Positions 55,721 through 64,000 of a stretch of 64,000 nucleotides of DNA are shown in pieces. Below the pieces are notes generated by a model. The model saw only the letters and a program-made list of their open reading frames with translations, was not told where the DNA came from and made no database searches. The stretch comes from Escherichia coli (GTDB lineage: Bacteria; Pseudomonadota; Gammaproteobacteria; Enterobacterales; Enterobacteriaceae): the NCBI RefSeq assembly GCF_016026235.1, contig NZ_CP065613.1, one strand, 5' to 3'. Positions within the stretch are counted from its first letter, which is position 1; each line of letters opens with the position of its first letter. Both the position numbers and the translations under genes were made by a program.

Positions 55721-56242
55721 TTATCGTCTGCGCCACCACAACATTCCCATCAGTAGCATCCCCGGCAACCACACCCACATCAATTCAGAAATAATCACCT
55801 GATGCCCGTACGCTGTGGTGTAACGAGACAATGCAAACGGCGCGACTTTAATCACCTGCCAGGGAGCGAAAAAGCGTTCATCTGACCACGGCCACAGCCA
55901 GCCAACACCCTTACCGCCAGTGGTTACCGAATCCAGCATGCTGTGCGATAGCAACGAGACGGTTAAAAACAGCCAGCAGCGAATCAGCCCAGCCCTGAAC
56001 CATCGGCGTCCAATCAGCACACATAACAGCGGGACAACAAACGCAAACACCAGCGAATGGGTAAACCCGCGATGACCAAAAACATTGCCGTAAGCAACGC
56101 CAAATTTAAACGACAATACGTCGGCATCGGGCAGCATCGCCAGGATGATTCCGGCAAATAAAAGACGCGGAGGGATGACTTTCGAACCCAACCCTAAACC
56201 AATGCAAAGGGGAACGGCGGCGTGCGTAATAACGGTTGGCAT
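55721..56242 (-). CDS. ybcI: DUF457 membrane-bound metal-dependent hydrolase
   Basis: 173-aa polytopic ORF. Confidence 0.85.
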   Translation of the reverse strand: MPTVITHAAVPLCIGLGLGSKVIPPRLLFAGIILAMLPDADVLSFKFGVAYGNVFGHRGFTHSLVFAFVVPLLCVLIGRRWFRAGLIRCWLFLTVSLLSHSMLDSVTTGGKGVGWLWPWSDERFFAPWQVIKVAPFALSRYTTAYGHQVIISELMWVWLPGMLLMGMLWWRRR

Positions 56243-56349
56243 GATGGTCGCTTCGGCAAAATGTCGATGCTATCAGCATGGATGAACGGGGCGTAGAGGG
56301 CAAAAGTCTGAAAAGAGAACCGGCCTGTTGATACAGGCCGGGAAAGGGA

Positions 56350-56562
56350 TCAGGCAACAACCTGTACGCTGTGACCTGCAAAACTCACTGTCTGCCCGGC
56401 GACGATTTTGCAGCGTTTGCGCGTTTCAACCGCACCGTCGACTTTCACCTGGCCTTCGGCAATCGCGATTTTCGCCTGCGCGCCGCTTTCGCTCCAGCCT
56501 TCCAGTTTCAGCAAGTCGCACAGCTCAACGTGCGGATGTTTACCTAAAGAAAATGTCGCCAT
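56350..56562 (-). CDS. ybcJ: S4-domain RNA-binding protein
   Basis: 70-aa ORF from MATFSLGK, immediately after the folD stop; the track ORF is an 18-codon upstream extension into folD. Confidence 0.8.
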   Translation of the reverse strand: MATFSLGKHPHVELCDLLKLEGWSESGAQAKIAIAEGQVKVDGAVETRKRCKIVAGQTVSFAGHSVQVVA

Positions 56563-56563
56563 G

Positions 56564-57430
56564 TTACTCACCCTGTGGATCATGATATTCAACGCACGCC
56601 TGAAGCGTGTTTTCAATCAGCGTGGCAACCGTCATCGGGCCAACGCCGCCCGGAACAGGCGTAATGTATGAGGCGCGTTTAGCCGCGTCTTCAAACACGA
56701 CGTCGCCCACAACTTTGCCATTTTCCAGACGGTTGATGCCGACATCAATCACAATTGCGCCTTCTTTGATCCAGTCACCGGGAATAAAACCTGGCTTACC
56801 GACGGCAACGATCAACAGATCGGCATTTTCTACGTGATGACGCAGATTTTTAGTGAAGCGGTGAGTCACGGTAGTGGTGCAACCTGCGAGCAACAGTTCC
56901 ATGCTCATTGGACGACCGACGATATTCGATGCGCCAATCACCACTGCGTTGAGGCCGAAGGTATCAATGTTGTAACGCTCAAGCAGCGTGACAATACCGC
57001 GCGGGGTGCAGGGACGCAGACGCGGCGCGCGCTGGCACAGGCGACCGACGTTATAAGGATGGAAACCGTCCACGTCTTTGTCCGGATGAATACGTTCCAG
57101 CACTTTGACGTTATCAATACCCGCCGGTAACGGCAGTTGAACCAGAATGCCATCGATGGTGTTGTCGGCATTCAGCGCATCGATAAGCTCCAGCAGCTCC
57201 GCTTCGCTGGTGGTTTCCGGGAGGTCATAAGAGCGGGAGACGAACCCGACTTCTTCACAAGCCTTGCGTTTGCTTGCGACATAAATTTGCGATGCAGGGT
57301 TACTACCCACCAGCACAACGGCCAGTCCTGGTGCCCGCAGTCCGGCTGCAATACGCGCCTGAACTTTTTGAGCAACTTCAGAGCGCACCTGCTGCGCAAT
57401 CGTTTTACCGTCAATAATCTTTGCTGCCAT
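56564..57430 (-). CDS. folD: Bifunctional methylenetetrahydrofolate dehydrogenase / methenyl-THF cyclohydrolase
   Basis: 288-aa ORF recognised as FolD. Confidence 0.95.
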
Positions 57431-57900
57431 CAGAGAGAGGATTCCATCTGTTACGTTGGTCGAAGGGGATGCGCCTATTTTGTCAGAAGCGGGGCGCGCT
57501 GTCAGGTTTCGTTTCAGATTTATCGCGTGAAGCGACCTCTTGCGAAGGTGAGGCGCACTGTCGCTGAGATTGAAAGCTTCATTTTTCGTCCATGATGGCG
57601 TTGTAAATCTGGAACTGACTTATTTCCTTGTCAAAGGATTAAGATAATTTAAGAAATACCTGACAATATAAAAAGAATTTTCAGCCTGGTAATTTACCGC
57701 TTCAGGTCTATATTTGTGTTGAATATATTTTGCGCGGAAGTATTCATCTAACGGGGCTCTCTATTTTTTAGAATAGAGTGCATATTTTCAATTAAGACAT
57801 TCTTAGAGGATAAAAAGGAATTTACTACTATCAGTGTCTTAAATAAAGTAATCGGTTATATACGGATGTGGAGTCGATAAATGAGATTGAAGGAATATAT

Positions 57901-58443
57901 ATGAAATTAAGATTTATTTCGTCTGCGCTGGCTGCCGCACTATTCGCCGCTACGGGTAGTTATGCTGCCGTTGTAGATGGCGGTACAATTCACTTTGAAG
58001 GCGAACTGGTGAATGCTGCCTGTTCAGTGAATACTGACTCGGCAGACCAGGTTGTCACACTCGGTCAATATCGTACCGATATTTTCAATGCTGTTGGTAA
58101 TACCTCTGCATTAATTCCATTCACTATACAGTTGAACGACTGCGATCCTGTTGTTGCCGCTAATGCTGCCGTTGCATTTTCTGGTCAGGCTGATGCAATC
58201 AATGATAATTTATTGGCCATTGCATCCAGTACCAATACAACAACAGCAACGGGTGTCGGTATTGAAATACTTGATAATACATCCGCAATTCTCAAACCTG
58301 ATGGGAATAGCTTCTCAACCAACCAGAACTTGATCCCCGGGACCAACGTTCTTCATTTTTCTGCACGTTATAAAGGCACCGGTACAAGTGCATCAGCAGG
58401 GCAAGCAAATGCTGACGCGACTTTTATTATGAGATACGAATAA
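57901..58443 (+). CDS. sfmA: Type 1-like fimbrial major subunit
   Basis: 180-aa ORF from MKLRFISS with signal peptide and pilin fold (GAAGGAA RBS); the track start at 57868 is an upstream GTG. Confidence 0.85.
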   Translation: MKLRFISSALAAALFAATGSYAAVVDGGTIHFEGELVNAACSVNTDSADQVVTLGQYRTDIFNAVGNTSALIPFTIQLNDCDPVVAANAAVAFSGQADAINDNLLAIASSTNTTTATGVGIEILDNTSAILKPDGNSFSTNQNLIPGTNVLHFSARYKGTGTSASAGQANADATFIMRYE

Positions 58444-58662
58444 TCAAAACCACGTTGTTTTGAATTATATATCACGTCTTATAACAAAGTAATGTACCGG
58501 TTGTCTGAAGCGGTATGGTGGCAATGTAAATCGAAATCATGTTCACTTTGTATCATGCCGCTTTATTAAATGAAAAGGGAATGATGTGTTGTAAGAAACC
58601 AAAGCAATCATTTCTTTATATTTCTTATTTTTGCCGTCAGGAATACACAAGGCGTATTAACT

Positions 58663-59355
58663 ATGATGACTAAAATAAAGTTATTGATGCTCATTATATT
58701 TTATTTAATCATTTCGGCCAGCGCCCATGCTGCCGGAGGGATCGCATTAGGTGCCACGCGTATTATTTATCCCGCTGATGCTAAACAGACTGCGGTATGG
58801 ATTAGAAATAGCCATACCAATGAGCGTTTTCTGGTCAATTCGTGGATTGAAAACAGCAGCGGTGTAAAAGAAAAGTCATTCATCATTACACCGCCACTAT
58901 TTGTTAGTGAACCCAAAAGCGAAAATACTTTGCGTATTATTTACACCGGTCCACCGCTGGCGGCAGATCGTGAGTCTCTGTTCTGGATGAATGTTAAGAC
59001 GATCCCTTCGGTAGATAAAAATGCATTGAACGGCAGGAATGTTTTGCAACTGGCGATTTTATCGCGCATGAAGTTATTTCTCCGTCCAATTCAATTACAA
59101 GAATTACCCGCAGAAGCGCCGGACACACTCAAGTTTTCGCGATCCGGTAACTATATCAATGTTCATAATCCATCACCTTTTTATGTCACCCTGGTTAACT
59201 TACAAGTGGGCAGCCAAAAGTTGGGGAATGCTATGGCTGCACCCAGAGTTAATTCACAAATTCCCTTACCCTCAGGAGTGCAGGGAAAGCTGAAATTTCA
59301 GACCGTTAATGATTATGGTTCAGTAACCCCGGTCAGAGAAGTGAACTTAAACTAA
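58663..59355 (+). CDS. sfmC: Periplasmic fimbrial chaperone (PapD-like)
   Basis: 230-aa ORF with signal peptide. Confidence 0.9.
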   Translation: MMTKIKLLMLIIFYLIISASAHAAGGIALGATRIIYPADAKQTAVWIRNSHTNERFLVNSWIENSSGVKEKSFIITPPLFVSEPKSENTLRIIYTGPPLAADRESLFWMNVKTIPSVDKNALNGRNVLQLAILSRMKLFLRPIQLQELPAEAPDTLKFSRSGNYINVHNPSPFYVTLVNLQVGSQKLGNAMAAPRVNSQIPLPSGVQGKLKFQTVNDYGSVTPVREVNLN

Positions 59356-59385
59356 CCGAATCATCTGACAATATCAGAGCTAATT

Positions 59386-61995
59386 ATGAAAATACCCACT
59401 ACTACGGATATTCCGCAGAGGTATACCTGGTGTCTGGCCGGAATTTGTTATTCATCTCTTGCCATTTTACCCTCCTTTTTAAGCTATGCGGAAAGTTATT
59501 TCAACCCGGCATTTTTATTAGAGAATGGCACATCCGTTGCTGATTTATCGCGCTTTGAGAGAGGTAATCATCAACCTGCGGGCGTGTATCGGGTGGATCT
59601 CTGGCGTAATGATGAGTTCATTGGTTCACAGGATATCGTATTTGAATCGACAACAGAAAATACAGGTGATAAATCAGGTGGGTTAATGCCCTGTTTTAAC
59701 CAGGTACTCCTTGAACGAATTGGCCTTAATAGCAGTGCATTTCCCGAGTTAGCCCAGCAGCAAAATAATAAATGTATCGATTTACTGAAAGCTATACCTG
59801 ATGCCACAATTAACTTTGATTTTGCAGCGATGCGCCTGAACATCACTATTCCACAGATAGCGTTGCTGAGTAGCGCTCACGGTTACATTCCGCCTGAAGA
59901 GTGGGACGAGGGTATTCCTGCTTTACTCCTGAATTATAATTTCACCGGTAACAGAGGTAATGGTAACGATAGCTATTTTTTTAGTGAGCTCAGCGGGATT
60001 AATATTGGCCCGTGGCGTTTACGCAACAATGGTTCCTGGAACTATTTTCGCGGAAATGGATATCATTCAGAACAGTGGAATAATATTGGCACCTGGGCAC
60101 AGCGCGCCATTATTCCGCTGAAAAGTGAACTGGTAATGGGAGACGGCAATACAGGAAGTGATATTTTCGATGGTGTTGGATTTCGTGGTATACGGCTTTA
60201 CTCTTCCGATAATATGTATCCTGATAGCCAGCAAGGGTTTGCCCCAACGGTACGTGGGATTGCCCGTACGGCGGCCCAGCTAACGATTCGGCAAAATGGT
60301 TTTATTATCTATCAAAGCTATGTTTCCCCCGGCGCTTTTGAAATTACAGATTTGCACCCGACATCTTCAAATGGCGACCTGGACGTCACCATCGACGAGC
60401 GCGATGGTAATCAGCAGAATTACACAATTCCGTATTCAACAGTGCCAATTTTACAACGCGAAGGGCGTTTCAAATTTGACCTGACGGCGGGCGATTTTCG
60501 TAGCGGTAATAGTCAGCAATCATCGCCTTTCTTTTTTCAGGGCACGGCACTCGGCGGTTTACCACAGGAATTTACTGCCTACGGCGGGACGCAATTATCT
60601 GCCAATTACACCGCCTTTTTATTAGGGCTGGGGCGCAACCTCGGGAACTGGGGCGCAGTGTCGCTGGATGTGACCCATGCGCGCAGCCAGTTAGCCGACG
60701 ACAGTCGTCATGAGGGGGATTCCATTCGCTTCCTCTATGCGAAATCGATGAACACCTTCGGCACCAATTTTCAGTTAATGCGTTACCGCTATTCGACACA
60801 AGGTTTTTATACCCTTGATGATGTTGCGTATCGTCGAATGGAGGGGTACGAATATGATTACGATTACGACGGTGAGCATCGCGATGAACCGATAATCGTG
60901 AATTACCACAATTTACGCTTTAGCCGTAAAGACCGTTTGCAGTTAAATATTTCACAATCACTTAATGACTTTGGCTCGCTTTATATCTCTGGTACCCATC
61001 AAAAATACTGGAATACTTCGGATTCAGATACCTGGTATCAGGTGGGGTATACCAGCAGCTGGGTTGGCATCAGTTATTCACTCTCATTTTCGTGGAATGA
61101 ATCTGTAGGGATCCCCGATAACGAACGTATTGTCGGACTTAATGTTTCAGTGCCTTTCAATGTTCTGACCAAACGTCGCTACACCCGGGAAAATGCGCTC
61201 GACCGCGCTTATGCCTCCTTTAACGCCAACCGTAACAGCAACGGGCAAAATAGCTGGCTGGCAGGTGTAGGTGGGACCTTACTGGAAGGCCACAACCTGA
61301 GTTATCACGTAAGCCAGGGTGATACCTCGAATAATGGGTATACGGGCAGCGCCACGGCAAACTGGCAGGCCACTTACGGTACGCTGGGGGTCGGGTATAA
61401 CTACGACCGCGATCAACATGACGTTAACTGGCAGCTGTCTGGCGGTGTGGTCGGGCATGAAAATGGCATAACGCTGGGCCAGCCTTTAGGGGATACCAAT
61501 GTTTTGATTAAAGCGCCTGGCGCAGGCGGTGTACGCATTGAAAATCAAACTGGCATTTTAACCGACTGGCGCGGCTATGCGGTGATGCCGTATGCCACGG
61601 TTTATCGGTATAACCGTATCGCGCTTGATACCAATACGATGGGGAATTCCATCGATGTTGAAAAAAATATTAGCAGCGTTGTGCCGACGCAAGGCGCGTT
61701 GGTTCGTGCCAATTTTGATACCCGCATAGGCGTGCGGGCGCTCATTACCGTTACCCAGGGCGGAAAACCGGTGCCGTTTGGATCACTGGTACGGGAAAAC
61801 AGTACCGGAATAACCAGTATGGTGGGTGATGACGGGCAAGTTTATTTAAGTGGTGCGCCATTGTCTGGTGAATTACTGGTTCAGTGGGGAGACGGCGCGA
61901 ACTCACGCTGCATTGCGCACTATGTATTGCCGAAGCAAAGCTTACAGCAAGCCGTCACTGTTATTTCGGCAGTTTACACACATCCTGGCTCATAA
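59386..61995 (+). CDS. sfmD: Fimbrial outer-membrane usher
   Basis: 869-aa usher-family ORF. Confidence 0.9.
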   Translation: MKIPTTTDIPQRYTWCLAGICYSSLAILPSFLSYAESYFNPAFLLENGTSVADLSRFERGNHQPAGVYRVDLWRNDEFIGSQDIVFESTTENTGDKSGGLMPCFNQVLLERIGLNSSAFPELAQQQNNKCIDLLKAIPDATINFDFAAMRLNITIPQIALLSSAHGYIPPEEWDEGIPALLLNYNFTGNRGNGNDSYFFSELSGINIGPWRLRNNGSWNYFRGNGYHSEQWNNIGTWAQRAIIPLKSELVMGDGNTGSDIFDGVGFRGIRLYSSDNMYPDSQQGFAPTVRGIARTAAQLTIRQNGFIIYQSYVSPGAFEITDLHPTSSNGDLDVTIDERDGNQQNYTIPYSTVPILQREGRFKFDLTAGDFRSGNSQQSSPFFFQGTALGGLPQEFTAYGGTQLSANYTAFLLGLGRNLGNWGAVSLDVTHARSQLADDSRHEGDSIRFLYAKSMNTFGTNFQLMRYRYSTQGFYTLDDVAYRRMEGYEYDYDYDGEHRDEPIIVNYHNLRFSRKDRLQLNISQSLNDFGSLYISGTHQKYWNTSDSDTWYQVGYTSSWVGISYSLSFSWNESVGIPDNERIVGLNVSVPFNVLTKRRYTRENALDRAYASFNANRNSNGQNSWLAGVGGTLLEGHNLSYHVSQGDTSNNGYTGSATANWQATYGTLGVGYNYDRDQHDVNWQLSGGVVGHENGITLGQPLGDTNVLIKAPGAGGVRIENQTGILTDWRGYAVMPYATVYRYNRIALDTNTMGNSIDVEKNISSVVPTQGALVRANFDTRIGVRALITVTQGGKPVPFGSLVRENSTGITSMVGDDGQVYLSGAPLSGELLVQWGDGANSRCIAHYVLPKQSLQQAVTVISAVYTHPGS

Positions 61996-62007
61996 AGGAA
62001 ATTATCA

Positions 62008-63015
62008 ATGAAGATAATCTGCAGATTATTATTGGCAATGGCATGTTTGTGTCTGGCAAACATATCCTGGGCTACTGTTTGTGCAAATAGTACTGGCGTA
62101 GCAGAAGATGAACACTATGATCTCTCAAATGTCTTTAATAGCACCAATAATCAGCCAGGGCAGATTGTTGTTTTACCGGAAAAATCCGGCTGGGTAGGTG
62201 TGTCAGCAATTTGTCCACCCGGCACGCTGGTGAATTATACATACCGTAGTTATGTCACCAACTTTATTGTTCAGGAAACTATCGATAATTATAAATATAT
62301 GCAATTAAATGATTATCTATTAGGTGCGATGAGTCTGGTTGATAGCGTGATGGATATTCAATTTCCCCCGCAAAATTATATTCGTATGGGAACAGATCCT
62401 AACGTTTCGCAAAACCTTCCGTTCGGGGTGATGGATTCTCGTTTGATATTTCGTTTAAAGGTTATTCGGCCCTTTATTAACATGGTGGAGATCCCCAGAC
62501 AGGTGATGTTTACCGTGTATGTGACATCAACGCCTTACGATCCGTTGGTTACACCTGTTTATACCATTAGTTTTGGTGGCCGGGTTGAAGTACCGCAAAA
62601 CTGCGAATTAAATGCCGGGCAGATTGTTGAATTTGATTTTGGTGATATCGGCGCATCGTTATTTAGTGCGGCAGGGCCGGGTAATCGACCTGCTGGTGTC
62701 ATGCCGCAAACCAAGAGCATTGCGGTCAAATGTACGAATGTTGCTGCGCAGGCTTATTTAACAATGCGTCTGGAAGCCAGTGCCGTTTCTGGTCAGGCGA
62801 TGGTGTCGGACAATCAGGATTTAGGTTTTATTGTCGCCGATCAGAACGATACGCCGATCACGCCTAACGATCTCAATAGCGTTATTCCTTTCCGTCTGGA
62901 TGCAGCTGCGGCAGCCAATGTCACACTTCGCGCCTGGCCTATCAGTATTACCGGTCAAAAACCGACCGAAGGGCCGTTTAGCGCGCTGGGGTATTTACGC
63001 GTCGATTATCAATGA
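62008..63015 (+). CDS. sfmH: Fimbrial adhesin-like subunit
   Basis: 335-aa ORF with signal peptide (FimH-like two-domain architecture). Confidence 0.85.
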   Translation: MKIICRLLLAMACLCLANISWATVCANSTGVAEDEHYDLSNVFNSTNNQPGQIVVLPEKSGWVGVSAICPPGTLVNYTYRSYVTNFIVQETIDNYKYMQLNDYLLGAMSLVDSVMDIQFPPQNYIRMGTDPNVSQNLPFGVMDSRLIFRLKVIRPFINMVEIPRQVMFTVYVTSTPYDPLVTPVYTISFGGRVEVPQNCELNAGQIVEFDFGDIGASLFSAAGPGNRPAGVMPQTKSIAVKCTNVAAQAYLTMRLEASAVSGQAMVSDNQDLGFIVADQNDTPITPNDLNSVIPFRLDAAAAANVTLRAWPISITGQKPTEGPFSALGYLRVDYQ

Positions 63016-63025
63016 GGTACGGAGA

Positions 63026-63541
63026 ATGAGAAGAGTACTCTTTAGCTGTTTCTGCGGGCTACTGTGGAGTTCCAGTGGATGGGCAGTTGACCCTTTAGGA
63101 ACGATTAATATCAATTTGCACGGTAACGTTGTTGATTTCTCCTGTACCGTAAACACAGCGGATATTGATAAGACGGTAGATTTAGGCAGATGGCCTACGA
63201 CACAATTACTGAACGCTGGCGATACCACGGCACTCGTCCCTTTTAGCCTGCGGCTGGAGGGATGTCCTCCGGGTTCAGTTGCGATTTTATTTACGGGAAC
63301 GCCGGCATCTGATGCCAACCTGCTGGTTCTGGATGATCCCGCAATGGCACAAACCGTTGCCATCGAATTACGTAATAGCGATCGCTCCCGGCTCGCACTG
63401 GGGGAGGCGAGCCCGACTGAGGAAGTAGATGCAAATGGCAATGTCACACTAAACTTTTTTGCCAATTATCGAGCGTTAGCCAGCGGTATTCGGCCAGGTG
63501 TGGCGAAAGCGGATGCGATATTTATGATCAATTATAATTAA
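63026..63541 (+). CDS. sfmF: Fimbrial minor subunit
   Basis: 171-aa ORF from MRRVLFSCF (GAGG RBS), 10 bp after the sfmH stop. Confidence 0.85.
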   Translation: MRRVLFSCFCGLLWSSSGWAVDPLGTININLHGNVVDFSCTVNTADIDKTVDLGRWPTTQLLNAGDTTALVPFSLRLEGCPPGSVAILFTGTPASDANLLVLDDPAMAQTVAIELRNSDRSRLALGEASPTEEVDANGNVTLNFFANYRALASGIRPGVAKADAIFMINYN

Positions 63542-63543
63542 TA

Positions 63544-64000
63544 TTATATTAATTCGTATAATTTGGCGTAGTCGATAAGCTCTACAATTGAATGCAAACC
63601 TAGCTTGCCATAAATATTAGATTTATGCGCACTAACTGTTTTATTGCTAAGTAATAACTTATCGGCAATTTCTTTATTAGATAATCCGCTGACCAGATAA
63701 CGTAATATCGTCACTTCACGATTAGATAGCACAGTGATCGTTGAACTATTCGTACTACATTTATTGCTTTTTATATAGTTGAGCGTTTCGCTGGGAAAAA
63801 AAGTGTATCCGGAGAGGATCATCTGAACGGCATGAAAAATATCATTCTGATCATTGCATTTACTGACAAAACCGTTAGCACCAGCTTGTATCGCTCTGCC
63901 AGCATAAAAGCATTCTGATTTCGATGATAAAAATAACACTTTCACTGTGCTCTGGATTTGTTTGATCCTTTTCAGGAAGGTAAAACCGTCTGTTCCGGGC
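63544..64000 (-). CDS. fimZ: LuxR/NarL-family response regulator FimZ, C-terminal part (5' end beyond window)
   Basis: Frame is open to the window edge; C-terminal LuxR-type HTH (…LSNREVTILRYLVSGLSNKEIADKL…); the N-terminal receiver domain lies past base 64000. Confidence 0.85.
   Translation of the reverse strand, partial: PGTDGFTFLKRIKQIQSTVKVLFLSSKSECFYAGRAIQAGANGFVSKCNDQNDIFHAVQMILSGYTFFPSETLNYIKSNKCSTNSSTITVLSNREVTILRYLVSGLSNKEIADKLLLSNKTVSAHKSNIYGKLGLHSIVELIDYAKLYELI

Noticed and set aside
57431-57900. fim-like invertible promoter switch upstream of sfmA
   Set aside because: No flanking 9-bp inverted repeats of the fimS type and no adjacent recombinase genes; the region is simply AT-rich.
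63544-63945. fimZ as a complete 133-aa gene
   Set aside because: The frame stays open to the window edge and the product lacks the receiver domain; the gene is truncated by the window, not in the genome.

Overview
This window is recognisably Escherichia coli core chromosome (Enterobacteriaceae), collinear with the K-12 map from recR to fimZ. That assignment rests on my recollection of gene order and protein sequences, not on a database search. Gene order: recR(3' part)-htpG-adk-hemH-aes-gsk-ybaL-fsr-ushA-ybaK-[ChiX sRNA]-ybaP-ybaQ-copA-glsA-ybaT-cueR-ybbJ-qmcA-fetA-fetB-cnoX-ybbO-tesA-ybbA-ybbP-selU, then the allantoin/glyoxylate regulon (allS-allA-allR-gcl-hyi-glxR-ybbW-allB-ybbY-glxK / allE-allC-allD / fdrA-ylbE-ylbF-ybcF), then purK-purE-lpxH-ppiB-cysS-ybcI-ybcJ-folD and the sfmACDHF fimbrial operon with fimZ (5' end beyond the window). 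I found no tRNA, rRNA, CRISPR array or prophage. Most of the window is ordinary housekeeping sequence. Three things depart from the K-12 arrangement as I remember it: (1) between ybbP and selU, where K-12 carries the rhsD element, there is only about 0.9 kb holding a REP cluster and a compact module with a 27-codon ORF that resembles DinQ/TisB-type type I toxins, plus a promoter/terminator-bounded candidate antisense sRNA sharing a 16-nt core with the toxin leader; this is the most interesting candidate for an undescribed system. (2) A 768-bp IS1 copy with perfect 9-bp target duplications sits exactly between the convergent glxK and allE terminators, and its insB frame carries an in-frame amber codon. 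(3) ylbE is an intact 419-codon ORF. Gene starts were adjusted from the ORF track where it had extended to upstream alternative start codons. All regulatory sites are motif matches read from the sequence and are not experimentally verified here.
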